The notes under the pieces: generated by a model
Databases searched by the model: none
The model's input: the letters and a program-made list of their open reading frames with translations, nothing else
What the model was told of the DNA's origin: nothing
Translations under genes and position numbers: made by a program
Shown: positions 51,296 to 62,999 of the stretch, piece after piece
How the letters are laid out: each line of letters starts with the position of its first letter
Numbering within the stretch: the first letter of the stretch is position 1
Origin: Paraspadella gotoi
Taxonomy: Eukaryota > Animalia > Chaetognatha
DNA length: 64,000 bases
Direction of reading: 5' to 3'
NCBI GenBank assembly: GCA_051294375.1
Contig: CM119265.1
Coordinates: 12,079,866-12,143,865 of the forward strand

Positions 51296-51535
51296 TGAGA
51301 GGACAAGGAGACATAAAATAAATAAAGGATATTTGTTTGTTTTGATAAAATGTAAACAAAACATATTTAATAACTGTCCTAACCCAATTTTAAGGACATC
51401 GATGATGATAAGTTGAATTAAATATTAAAATAATTATTACATATTAAAATTAATTAATTAATTATAATTAATCGATATTAATTAAAATTAAATTATCGTA
51501 AGGGCAGATCCGACATTGTTTGCTCAAACTTGTTT
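46575..51535 (+). mobile_element. Compound/nested HINE-like elements in sulfurtransferase intron 1
   Basis: 5' heads GTCGGATCTGC..GCAGATCCCGACTCTATAA at about 46578 and 47308, (GTCY)n tracts, internal repeats, and 3' end GCAGATCCGACATTGTTTGCTCAAACTTGTTT at about 51504-51535. Confidence 0.65.
48077..48465. repeat. 18-bp tandem repeat, about 21 copies
   Basis: (GTTGACCAAATTATGCCA)n. Confidence 0.95.
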
Positions 51536-51560
51536 TTTAATAAGTGGGTTAAAAATTAAT

Positions 51561-52357
51561 CAAGTTTGAGCAAACAATGCCGAATCTGCTCACGGTCATT
51601 AGCGGTACGCAGCTGATCAGATTTTAATTAATTAATATTGATTTTTTTAATTTGTGTCAAAATCGTTTTCCACTTTATCTCGCCTCTCAATCACAAAACA
51701 ATCTTGATCACAAAATTAATTAATTAATAAATTAATTACAAATAATAAATAATTAATTAAATACTTATTTATTAATAATTAATTAATGCAGCTTGATTTT
51801 AAATTTAATATAAAAATAAAAAAGACTAATCAAATAGTGAAATAGATTGTTTGTTTTTTCCATTTTAACTCCTTTCCACTTAAACGATTCCATCAAAACT
51901 TTATTTCCTGCTCAATCACACACTTTCCTTCCCAAATACAAATTTGAAGTTAATCGCCCCATTCACTCATGAGTTATTGGCGTTAAAATAATTAAATATA
52001 TATATTTTTTCCATATTAACTCATTTCCACTCCACCCCACATCGAAACTTGATTACCAGCTCAATCACACACTTTCCTACCCACACACAAAATTTCATTC
52101 CAATCCATCCATCAAATCACGAGTAATTGGTGTTTTTGGCTAAGGTGGGACGGACGGACAGACAGACAGACGGAGAGACATACGGACGGACAGACAGACA
52201 AACGGATGGATGGACATCAATTTTTTGCATAATTTATCATAATTCAAAGTTCTGATATGATATAAGTGAATGACCGACAAGATTGGCGGGGCGGACCATG
52301 AACCGACAAAGTGAATTATAGAGCCGGAATCTGCTGTAAGCAGATCCGGCTAAAAAA
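51561..52357 (-). mobile_element. HINE-like element, tail-to-tail with the previous one
   Basis: CAAGTTTGAGCAAACAATGCCGAATCTGC at 51561; head GAGCCGGAATCTGC..GCAGATCCGGCTAAAAAA at 52321-52357; (GGAC/AGAC)n tract. Confidence 0.7.
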
Positions 52358-52902
52358 CTATATTTAACATTTTAAATTATAATTTTCAGCTTGAAATATA
52401 GATTTTTCTGATATTTGATCAACTTAATGTAAATTTTTTTAAAAAAAGAGTTATATATCTTTATATATAAAAAAAATCTTACAAAAAACTATTTTGAAAT
52501 TTTAACATTTATTGGATTAGTACTATATGGCCTACTGCGTAAATTGTAAAATTTATAATACAATTTTTTTATACATACATGTTCATTAGTATAATGTTGT
52601 TCGTTCCTCACTTTTAGAATTTTAATTAAAGTTAAATTTAGAATTTTTACTACGCCTTATTGGACAGGCTGCAAGACGTTGTGAGGTTTCCAGTTTCTAG
52701 TTACGAGCGAATTAATGAAATTGTTACAAATAATGTAAAAAGTATCCATTAATTCGGTAACTGAACTATATCTTGGCTCCAGACTTTGAACAGGCTATGG
52801 CGGGCTCAGGCTTCTACTTCACCAGCAGGACCTTCCTCGCTTTCAATAACGCTTCACAGTGAAGTTTATTAATGAAAGTCTTCCGAAAGGTCGATGCCTT
52901 AC

Positions 52903-53001
52903 ATCCGGTTCGTACGATCCTTGCAAAACGACGCAATCCATCTCCGGATTACGGATCATCTCGTCCACATCCGACGGAGAGAGAAGAAGAGGCGTAGACA
53001 T
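52903..53001 (-). CDS. Rhodanese/MPST-like sulfurtransferase, probable exon 1
   Basis: MSTPLLLSPSDVDEMIRNPEMDCVVLQGSYEPD resembles the rhodanese N-terminus (LVS..WL...L....vLDaS); donor GAT|GTAAGG, phase 0 matches exon 2. Confidence 0.7.
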
Positions 53002-53225
53002 CTTTTAAAGTCACGAACCAACGCGGACGAGCCTCTTCGGTTTGTCTTCGACTCAAAAATTTATAAGGAAAAAAAAAATTATGAATTGAACGACGAAAAA
53101 ATAAAAGGGGAATGAGAAGAAAAATCTTTTCCAGCCCGAAATATTTAACTTGCTTAACGAGATGTGATCAATCAAGCTAATTAAAAAATATTGAAGCATT
53201 TTACCCGTTTCTGGGTTTCTCGGTC

Positions 53226-53280
<55 letters not shown>

Positions 53281-53784
53281 ATCCTCTCTCTCTCTCTCTC
53301 TCTCTCCTTTAGACCTAGGATTAAAAGGAATGTGGATCAGTCTTTTTTTTTGTCAATGGATTCAACTTCTCCTTAGAAAAAAAGGATCAACTGATTTTTG
53401 GTGAAAGTTGATATTGAGAGATTGGCGCCTTCGCCTTCGCCTTCGCCTTCGCCTTCGCCATTGGCATTGCTCTCGGTCGTCGTTAACATTGGCCTTACTG
53501 ATTAGCGCCTTTGAACGTGACCGTTTGTTCATTGGCTTCTTTGCGATTTGACCTCAATGAACCTCAACGTGGAATCGAACAGAGATTCTTCATTTTTGAA
53601 GATAACGAGTCTTTGGCTTCGATTAATGCGACGAACGATCGACTTGACTAGGGATGACGACGACGACGACGAAGATGACGACGACGATGACGAAGATGAC
53701 GACGAGGAAGAAAACGAAAACGACAGAAATGAAAACAAAGACTACGCCGACCGTGGAGAGAGAGAGAGAGAGAGAGAGAGGAGG

Positions 53785-53835
<51 letters not shown>

Positions 53836-55544
53836 AAGAAAAAAAGGCGAAGATAGTTGGGATTTGGAATTTAAATTTGCGACGTTTTTTTCTGTAAAAA
53901 TTGTGAAGGGAGAGTTGAATTATCTACTCTAGCAATTGCGATATCTTACTCGGGCTGTGATATTTTTATCTCGCCAGACGGGCATAAGCCCGTCCTGGCT
54001 CTTTGTGACATCATCGTCGTCGTCACGCTTTTTTTTCTTATATAGTTTTGACTGGGGCTTACAATTTTGTTTTTATCGAGCCTACCGGTGAAGCCGGTTC
54101 AGGCTCGATATTGTTTCGGGTGAGCTTCTTTGTGACGTCGTCGTCGGCGTCACGCTTTTTTGTATAAAAACTACTACGCTTTTATAGTTTTGTTATATTA
54201 TTAAAGATAACCTTTCCCTTTTAAATCTTAGCAAATTAGATCATAAGTTTATCAGTTATATCTTAGTTTTAAAGATCCTTTCCTCAATTAAAAATTGCCT
54301 ACTTTTATTCAGTTAACTACTAGGTAAACCAAAAAATTGTCTATTACCTATTTAAGAAAAAATCTTTGCCTTAGGCCCATCTTTGGTGAAATAAAGATTT
54401 AAAATGGCTTCTTTGTGACATAGTCGTCGTCGTCGTCGTCGTCTGTGTTGGCGTCACGCTTTTTTAACATTGATTCTATTAAAAGTGTTATATCATAGGG
54501 AGTTTAAAATTTAGATATGGCCTCTCATCATCAAGATCTTTGAAATTGTCATGTTTCATATCAATATTCGGATTTGCTTAGGTTTTATTTACAAAACAAA
54601 AACGTTTTAATTATACGTCGCTCTCTCTCTCTCTCTCTCTCTTTTAATTATATGTCGCTCTCTCTCTCACTCTTTTTCTCCGTCCCTGCTTCTTCTGATT
54701 CGTCTAAAAACAAGTTCAGACTCTGCAGCGGCTGTCCAGCTTCTTTCTCTATCTCAAACTTCTGGGATTCAAAGAGAAAATGGGAAATGTTTCAGAGCGA
54801 GAATGATGAGGGTAAAAGGGACTCAAACTACTGGGAGTCAAAGGGAAGAAAAGAAAGGAGGAGAGAGCGATCGAAGGGAGGAGGGTAGGATAAGGGGGCG
54901 GGGGGAGGGGGGGGTGGATTCAAAATACAAAAGGAACAAGAACGATAATTCAAATGTGTTGCGCCGCAGTGAATGCTTTATTTCTTGTGACTTGACATCA
55001 CATGACGTGACATGAAATGACATGACATAACTTAACAAGACTTCATGACTACAAAAACTTTCTTAGCGCGTATATTTATGACATGCACTCCATCAAAATT
55101 CAGTCTTTTATTTCTTTTTAGTTTTAGGATTTCCTGAAGGCGGCGCTAGCAATCCCTTAGATTTGAGGATTTTTTTCTGTCTGAACAATAGAGCAACAAA
55201 CAGACATACCGACCGACCGACAAAATGACCAACAGACCGACCGAAAAGTGACTTATAGAGTTTCTCCGTGAGTACTCGCGTCGCAACTAAAAAGGGAAAT
55301 GACAAAAAATCGACTAATGGACGAAGAGAAGAGAAAGTAGAGGGAAGAGGTCAACGGTTAATCCGAGCGGAATGAGCAGTCGTCGTCGTTGTCATCACCT
55401 TCCTGATCCGATTCGTGACCCAGTCGTCGTCGTCGTCGTTGTCACTATCTTTCCCATCTTGTCAGTGGCTCCCGGGCTCCGTCGTCATCGTCGTCGTCTT
55501 CGTTGTCGTCTTCCTCACTCGATTAGTGGATCAGTCGTCGTTGT

Positions 55545-56220
55545 CGCCATCGTCGTCATTGTTATCGTCTTCCTGAGCCGGTCAGCCTCCGTCATCGTCG
55601 TCGACATTGTCATCATTGTCATTGTCTTCCCGAGCCAGTCAGACTCCATCCCCAAAAATCCCCCCGGTTTTCTTGGTCAAACCCAAAATCCGTCAATCGT
55701 GTTTTCAGCCGACAGACCCGGTCAGACGTGCCTGTCATCGTCGTTGTCATCATTTCTCGAGCCGGTCAGACTCCGTCAATCCCGTCGTACGATGTCGTCG
55801 TTGTCATCATCTTCCCGAGCCGTCAGACTCCGTCATTGTCGTCGTCGTTGTCATCGTCTTCCCGAGCCGGTCAGACTCCATCATCGTCGTCGCCAACAAT
55901 TGTCGTTGTCATTGTCTTCCCGAGCCGGTCAGACTCCGTCATCGTCATCGTCGTTGTTGTCATCGTCTTCCCGAGCCGGTCAGACTCCGTCATCGTCGTC
56001 ACCATCATCGTCGTTGTCATCGTCTTCCCTAGCCGGTCAGACTCCGTCATCGTGGTCACCATCGTCATCATTGTCATCGTCTTCCCGAGCTGGTCAGACT
56101 CCGTCATCATCGTCGCCATCGTCGTCGTTGTCATCATCTTCCCGAGCCGGTCAGACTCCGTCATCGTCGTCGTTGTCATCGTCTTCCCGAGCCAGTCAGA
56201 CTCCGTCATCGTCGTCGTCG
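55545..56220. repeat. GC-rich minisatellite, variable unit of about 48-60 bp, about 11 copies
   Basis: Core TTGTCATCGTCTTCCCGAGCCGGTCAGACTCCGTCATC plus variable (GTC/ATC)n. Confidence 0.9.
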
Positions 56221-56306
56221 ACGTCTCCATGACGACCAACAATAAACTTTCTCATTGCCATATTGTAAACAAAAGTTTATAATCCGTTTCTTTTCTTCTC
56301 CGTCAG

Positions 56307-56426
56307 GCGTCGCCTCGGTCGATTCCTTCCTCAACGTCTCTACTCATGGATCTCTGTTGCAGCAACATAATATTTTCTTCTATTACGTCCTCATGGGTTA
56401 CATCGGTAGCGTCATCAACGTCACAG
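56307..56426 (+). CDS. Class A peptide GPCR (FMRFamide-receptor-like), exon encoding the N-terminus and start of TM1
   Basis: VASVDSFLNVSTHG..IFFYYVLMGYIGSVINVTG; CAG| acceptor and G|GTTTGC donor, phase 1/1. Confidence 0.8.
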
Positions 56427-58475
56427 GTTTGCAGAATGTCGCGGAGATGAACTTCGAGGACGAGTTTTTTTGGGATTAAACTTTTTTTATGCACTTATAA
56501 ATGTGAATTTATGCACAAATTGCACATGCAATTTTGTTTGACACTTGTTGAATAACAAGAAAATAGGCATGGTCCCAGTCGTTGGCATGGTCCCAGGCGA
56601 AGGCATGGTCTCAGTCGTAGGCATGGTCCCAGTCGTAGGCATTAGTATTGAGTAATGAAAAGATTGAGTGATTGAACATTATTTTTTTACTGCCTATGGA
56701 CATGTAATTAATGAATTTTAAATCCTTTTAAATTTTTTTTAGCATAACAGTATAGTAAATTCAATTATTTATGTAGTAATATCCTTATAATATCGTTAAA
56801 TTTCAAAATATTTTTATTTTATTATTAAGAACAGATTGGATTCACCGTAAAAGACTAATAAACTTTTATAAAATATGTTATATGATATTTTAATGTTTGG
56901 ATCATAAAAAATGACTAAAATGTTTTAACATATATAAGTTTCTACAACACAGTCATGAATTTTTACCTTTTTTCCCCATTTTAAACGCTGAAGATGACAA
57001 AATTTTTGATAACATGTTTTATATTTTTGATTCAACTTTTTATGAAGAATCTGAATCTTTATTAAAAGTTTTAAAACAATTATTTTTAAAATTTACTATT
57101 TTATAAGAACATTTCTACAAATATATTATATTTTACTATTCTGTTCCCGAGACAATATGAACAAAATATATTTTGTACTAGTTATTCATAAGGGCGTTTA
57201 AAAATAACAAAATATAACAAATCGAATAAGGTACATAACTATTTTAGTGTTATAAAATCTGTAGAATTCGATGATGATAACCATTTTTTGTATAGTCTCA
57301 TCTTCTTTGTCGGAAATGGCGATTTTTGCAGCATATAAGGTGCTATTAAAATGGAGCAAACATTGTAGAGTATAAAAAACTCATATTATTACAATTTTAT
57401 AAAAGCCATATTTAACTTACATAATATGAAAATAAAAAACCAAATATAAATATTTTGGTAAGTTTATTTACAAATTTTATATTTTATTAACAGAGTGTTA
57501 ACTATATTTATTAATAAATAATAATAAAAAATAAGCTAAAGTAAAAAAATTAAAATTTTAAAATTTTAAAACCGGATTGGAATTCCTTACAAAAAGTTGA
57601 TATAAGAAAGTATAATCCATTTTAAAAAATTATTTTATTAAGTAGGCTAAAAACTATTATTTTTGTTTAATTTTTCAATTTAAAATTATACAAAAAAATT
57701 TTCATCACCATCGAATTTTACAGACTACATTACACTAAAATAGCTATGTACCTCACTTAATTTATTATATTTTGTTAATTTTCAACGCTCTATTATTCAT
57801 ACTATCTCACATCTAAATATCCTAGTTCGATCATTCAAATAAATTTTATGTTCTTGAGTGCTAGTAGGCATGGTCCCAGTCGGAGAGTTGAGTTGAGTTG
57901 AGTGTTGAGTTTTCAAATGCTTCTCATCAAAGATCCCTATCCCTCTTCTTGTAATTGAAACGTTTGTACATTTATTTTCGTTTAATTAATCAAGCTTAAT
58001 TAAAAACTCGAGTCTAAACTAATTGATTTGCGCCTCTCTGACGTTTCTTTATACTTTAATATCTTAACTAGATCCGTTTTAAATTCTTAATTGAAAATAT
58101 AATTATTATAAATTTTTCTAAGAAAAATTTATAATTTTTTTTCTAAGAAAAAACAAACTTTAATGTTAATATAAATCTTCAAAAATGAAATTATGATTAT
58201 TATGTAATTCGTACAACCAATATAAAAATTATCCATTCATTTAATAAATAAGCTATCTTGTCCCTGACTTGCTTTGGTGATTTAAGGCCTCCATCACACT
58301 TACAAGATAATAACTATATAATTATTATAATTATTATTGTTAATATTATGATAATTATTATATAATTATTATAATTGAAATTATAATTCTTATTCGTAAT
58401 TATCTCTTTATTTATTTAAATTTGTCACCCGTTTATTAAGATATCAGTGTTCATTTGTTCGACCTTATCCTTCAG

Positions 58476-58594
58476 GCATCGTGGCCAATATCCTGGTGAT
58501 GCTCGTCCTTCCCAAACTCCGCCCTCAATCGTCCACGATCAAGATCATGCTCGCTCTCGCCATCTCCGACTGTCTCCTTCTCGCCGCGCTTCAG
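58476..58594 (+). CDS. GPCR exon, TM1-TM2
   Basis: GIVANILVMLVL..LRPQSSTIKIMLALAISDCLLL (GxxN and LAxSD motifs); CAG| acceptor and CAG|GTAAAA donor. Confidence 0.88.
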
Positions 58595-58607
58595 GTAAAA
58601 TGAGGCA

Positions 58608-58640
<33 letters not shown>

Positions 58641-60465
58641 TTCTTACCCCTCATCCCTCTCTGTCTCATCTCTCCTCTCTCTTTATCTCTCTCTCTCCTC
58701 TATCTCTCTCTCTCTCTCTCCCCCTCTCTCTCTCTCCCTCCACGTCATCCATCACGCCTTCGACGGAATCAGCCATTTAGCGTCACTTCCGTTCCACGAA
58801 TGACGCCGCCTTCTCAAAGATGGCGTTCATCGCGGAATTTCTGTCCAAAATCACGCGTCAAAAATTCCTCACGACTGACGTTTTCGTTTTCGTGATTGGT
58901 GGGCGTGGCGATCAATTGGCGAAGAGAGTCACGTGTTTCCTCTTAAGACGCGATGTACAGTCTCGTAGAATAAACTATGCAGTTTTAAAAAAAATTTCAT
59001 TATTGATTTTTTCATTTTTTATTGTTTCTCATCTTTGGTCATTACTCCGTGAATGTTATGTATAAAAATTAATACAAAATCTCTTAAAGCTCTCAAGATA
59101 CAGTTAAATACATAAATGCCATCAGAATTCAAACTTAAAAGAAGATTGGTTTATTCTGTAATGTGTGAACAACATATCTCTTAAAAAACAATTGCAGTCA
59201 AAATCTCCTCTGTTAAAGCTGTTGTTTGATATCAAAAATTTTTAAACATTTGTATATCCATCTGTCTATCTGTCCGTCCTTCTCCCGTACCTTGAGTTTG
59301 AAATTTTGTCCGTGATTAAAAAAACTAGTTCATTGAGCTGGAATTCAAGTTTCAATAGGATCAAGCTAGTGGAAGTAGTAAAATAGAAAAAATAAAAATC
59401 AATTTTAGTTTATTAATTTAATTTATATTTTTTAATATTATTTTTAGATATGTCGAGATTAAAAGCCACGCACCTTTCAGTCACATTCAATATCTTTCTT
59501 ATCTGACGTCTCCTGGTTACGAAAAAAATATGTGATTGCCTCTAACGTGCAACCTTCTCATCTTAAACAACAATCAGAATTCTCTCTCTCACTTTTGCTT
59601 TGGCTCTCTAGCTCTCACTCTTTGCCTCTCTCTCTGTCGCTTTCTCTTTTTTTTTGCATCAATTTCAGAACTTTTGCTCACTTACTCAGCCTTGTTATGT
59701 CATAACCATATCAAAATTCCTCTTTCCATTTCTTTTATTAATATTAAAAATAATTATTATTGGTATAATTATAGTCTTTGATGCATTAAAAAACAATTCT
59801 TATCAATGTTATAAGGAGGAAAAAACTTATTAATTTTTTTTAATATAAAAAAATATTAGTATTATTATTAAAAATACTGGTTTATCAAAATTAATAGCAA
59901 ATGATCATAATAACATAAGATAAGAAAAACTGTCCTCCATATCCCTCTTGAATATTTATGGAAAACATAAAAGGAAAAAAAACCATGCTCACTGAGAATT
60001 ATAATTTTGTATAAAAAATAAATAAATCAAAAAAATAAAAACATCAGATTGTGACAAAATCGATTGGGAAAAATCTGTTTTTTTTTAATGTAATATTATT
60101 TCACAAGTTCATTATTCATAATTNNNNNNNNNNATGTAATATTATTTCATAAGTTCATTATTCATAATTCTCAATGAGAATATTTTTTTTTTTGAAAATT
60201 TAAATATTCAACTTTTTAATTAAATAAAAATTATTTTACTGTACTAAATTATAAAATATTTTTATAAAAATTTATACCTAAAGTTCTAAGAAGATGATTT
60301 TCCCAAAAATGTTACTTAGATCTTTCTTAAAACGCCAAACAAGTCACAGCCACAAAATGAATACAAAAACTAGAAAAAAGCAATATTGTTTTGTCATTCA
60401 CAGCGTGAATACATTTTTCCACGAGACTATGCACCGCGACTTAACGAAATTTAAAATTCGACTTC

Positions 60466-60505
<40 letters not shown>

Positions 60506-60751
60506 TCAGTCAATAGATGAAGAAAATGGTTGCCTCACAATTGATATTTTAGTGAGGCGGTTGGTCTGGAATGAAGTCTGAAATTGCGATTGGATTTTTT
60601 TTCGCGTTTAGGACGTGAATCTTTTAGTGGAATTCGCACGGAATTCTCACTGAGATGTGAGGAGTGAGAAAGTGAAGATCCCTCGGTCCATCTCGACATC
60701 ACGAATAGATTACTGAGCCTTTCTTCATCATCTCATTTCTTTCTTTCTTTG

Positions 60752-60801
<50 letters not shown>

Positions 60802-60888
60802 TCACTCCATTTCTTGTAGATGCCAACTAGTCTACACCATTGGTGAAACATGACTCCAATAAAAAAAAAAGACCGTCGCTGGGTTCAC

Positions 60889-60928
<40 letters not shown>

Positions 60929-60981
60929 ATCGAGATCCTCTTTCTCCTCCTTTTCCTCCTCCTCTTTCTATTCCCGTTTCC

Positions 60982-61692
60982 TTGCCAATTTTTTGGTCTC
61001 TTTAATGCAATAATCTATGGTGTGACGTCAGCGATGGACCCTGGCTATTGGCCAAGCTTTTGGCGAATTTTTTTGGCCTCTTTAATGCAATAATCTATGG
61101 TGTGACGTCAGCGATGGACCATGGCTATTGGCCAAGCTTTTGGCGAATTTTTTGGCCTTTTTAATGCAATAATCTATGGTGTGACGTCAGAGACAAACCC
61201 TGGCTATTGGCCAAGCTTTTGGCCAATTTTTTTTCCTCTTTAATGCAATAATCTATGGTTTGACGTTAGCAACGAACCCTGGCTATTGGCCAAGCTATTG
61301 GCCAATTTTTTGACCTCTTTAATGCAATAATCTATGGTGTGATGTTAGCAATGGATCCTGGCTATTGGCCAAGCTTTTGGCCAATTTTTCAGCCTCTTTA
61401 ATGCAATAATCTATGTTGTGATGTCAGCAATTGACCCTGGCTATTGGCCAAGCTTTAGGCCAATTTTTTGGCCTCTTTAATGCAATAATTTATGCTGTGA
61501 CATCAGCAATGGACCCTGGCTATTGGCCAAGCTTTTGGCCAATTTTTTGGCCTCTTTAATGCAATAATCTATGGTGTGAAGTCAGCGACGGACCTTGGCT
61601 ATTGGCCAAGCTATTGGCCAATTTATTGGCCTCTTTAATGCAATAATCCATGGTGTGACGTCAGCGACGGACCCTGGCTTTTGGCCAAGCTG
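60982..61692. repeat. 79-bp tandem repeat, 9 copies, in a GPCR intron
   Basis: Unit CTCTTTAATGCAATAATCTATGGTGTGACGTCAGCGATGGACCCTGGCTATTGGCCAAGCTTTTGGCCAATTTTTTGGC. Confidence 0.95.
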
Positions 61693-62369
61693 AAGAGAAC
61701 TTATTGGACCAGTTATAGTGACCAGTTATAGTGACTCGGGCACTGCCATTGGGCCAGTTTATCCTAATAAATAATTTACCCCTTTGCAAAGGGGCGCACA
61801 ATAATTTGATTTGATTATAATTGTCATTTACGTGAGATATAATTTATGTAGCCAATATCCATTTATAATTTTTAACATAAAGATCGGTTGTGAGGGCTTT
61901 CTCGTCTTACCGAGACAGGCCGAGACAGGCCCAGACAGGCCCAGACAGGCCATTTCGATAAAAGGCGAAGGTTGATGTAGCGGGGTCAGGAGTTGATGGG
62001 GTGTGAGAGGTGATGGGGTTAAGGTGATGGGGTTGATGGGAAGCGAGGAGAGTGAACGTAAAACCGGAGTTTCCGCGGGTCCACGGATAACACGATTTTT
62101 TTAGTTTGGATTTAAAGGATTTTTCTTATGCAGAAGCGATAGAGATGGAGACATTTGGAAATCTCTTCACGTTTTCCTTTGGTGAATTTTTTCTAGCGGC
62201 GGATTTCAAATGGTCATCTATATAGTAGTCACGTTATCACTGGGAAATACACATAAATATAAAGTCCCTTTGGAATGGACCGTTCCTGTTATTAAGCTTA
62301 GATCCATTCCCACTATTTCCCCCCCCCTACCCCCCCTCGCTCTTTCGCCTCCCATTTCCACCGCCACAG

Positions 62370-62559
62370 ATCAACTTCTCGTGCCGCGCCTTCTACGACT
62401 ACCACCACGTCTCTTCCGGACGCAATTTCAACGAGGTGTTGGACGCTCGCCTTACCAACGCCCTCATCCAGATCTACAACATCAATCAGCTCTTCAACGT
62501 TTGGATCACCGTCGCCCTCAGCGTCGAGAGATTCATCGCCGTCTGCTTTCCCGCTCAAG
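62370..62559 (+). CDS. GPCR exon, ECL1-TM3 (apparent +1 frameshift at its end)
   Basis: ..NQLFNVWITVALSVERFIAVCFP; CAG| acceptor and AAG|GT donor; exon length 190 nt. Confidence 0.88.
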
Positions 62560-62641
62560 GTCTGCTCTGGGGGGGGGGGAGGGAGTTGTAGGGCGGGGGC
62601 CAGTGGGGTTAATGGCGAGGGTATGCGTAGTTGTTGAGAAT

Positions 62642-62704
<63 letters not shown>

Positions 62705-62756
62705 CGACGCAGAGAGAGAGAGAGAGAAATACATCAAGGACTCCATTGACTCTTAG

Positions 62757-62855
62757 GCGGTCGTGTGGTGCTCGATGCGACGAACGGTTCGAATCATCCT
62801 CCTCATTCTCATCCTCAGCGTCGTCTTCAACCTTCCTCGTTGCTTCGAGATGAAA
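62757..62855 (+). CDS. GPCR exon, ICL2-TM4
   Basis: AVVWCSMRRTVRIILLILILSVVFNLPRCFEMK; an N.PRFFE-type motif typical of FMRFamide/sex-peptide receptor-like GPCRs; TAG| acceptor and |GTTAGT donor. Confidence 0.85.
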
Positions 62856-62999
62856 GTTAGTTTATTATCTTATAATATATACTAAATATTATTTATATAG
62901 TTATTTTGTCGAGACTGAAGAAGTAATTTGGCGGTAAATGTGAAGCTTATCTTTGGCTGTCTTATTTATATAATATTGTGGCGGTATATTGGCGGTATA

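Noticed and set aside
53548-53932. Acidic and (ER)n ORFs; similar (AG)n/(CT)n-derived ORFs throughout the window
   Set aside because: Microsatellite translations without splice or homology support.
56566-56640. 20-bp repeat containing GGCATGGTCCCAG, matching the start of the HDV genomic ribozyme (also at about 57867)
   Set aside because: Only a short word matches; no P1/P2/P3 partner strands or catalytic segment follow. It is a simple tandem repeat.
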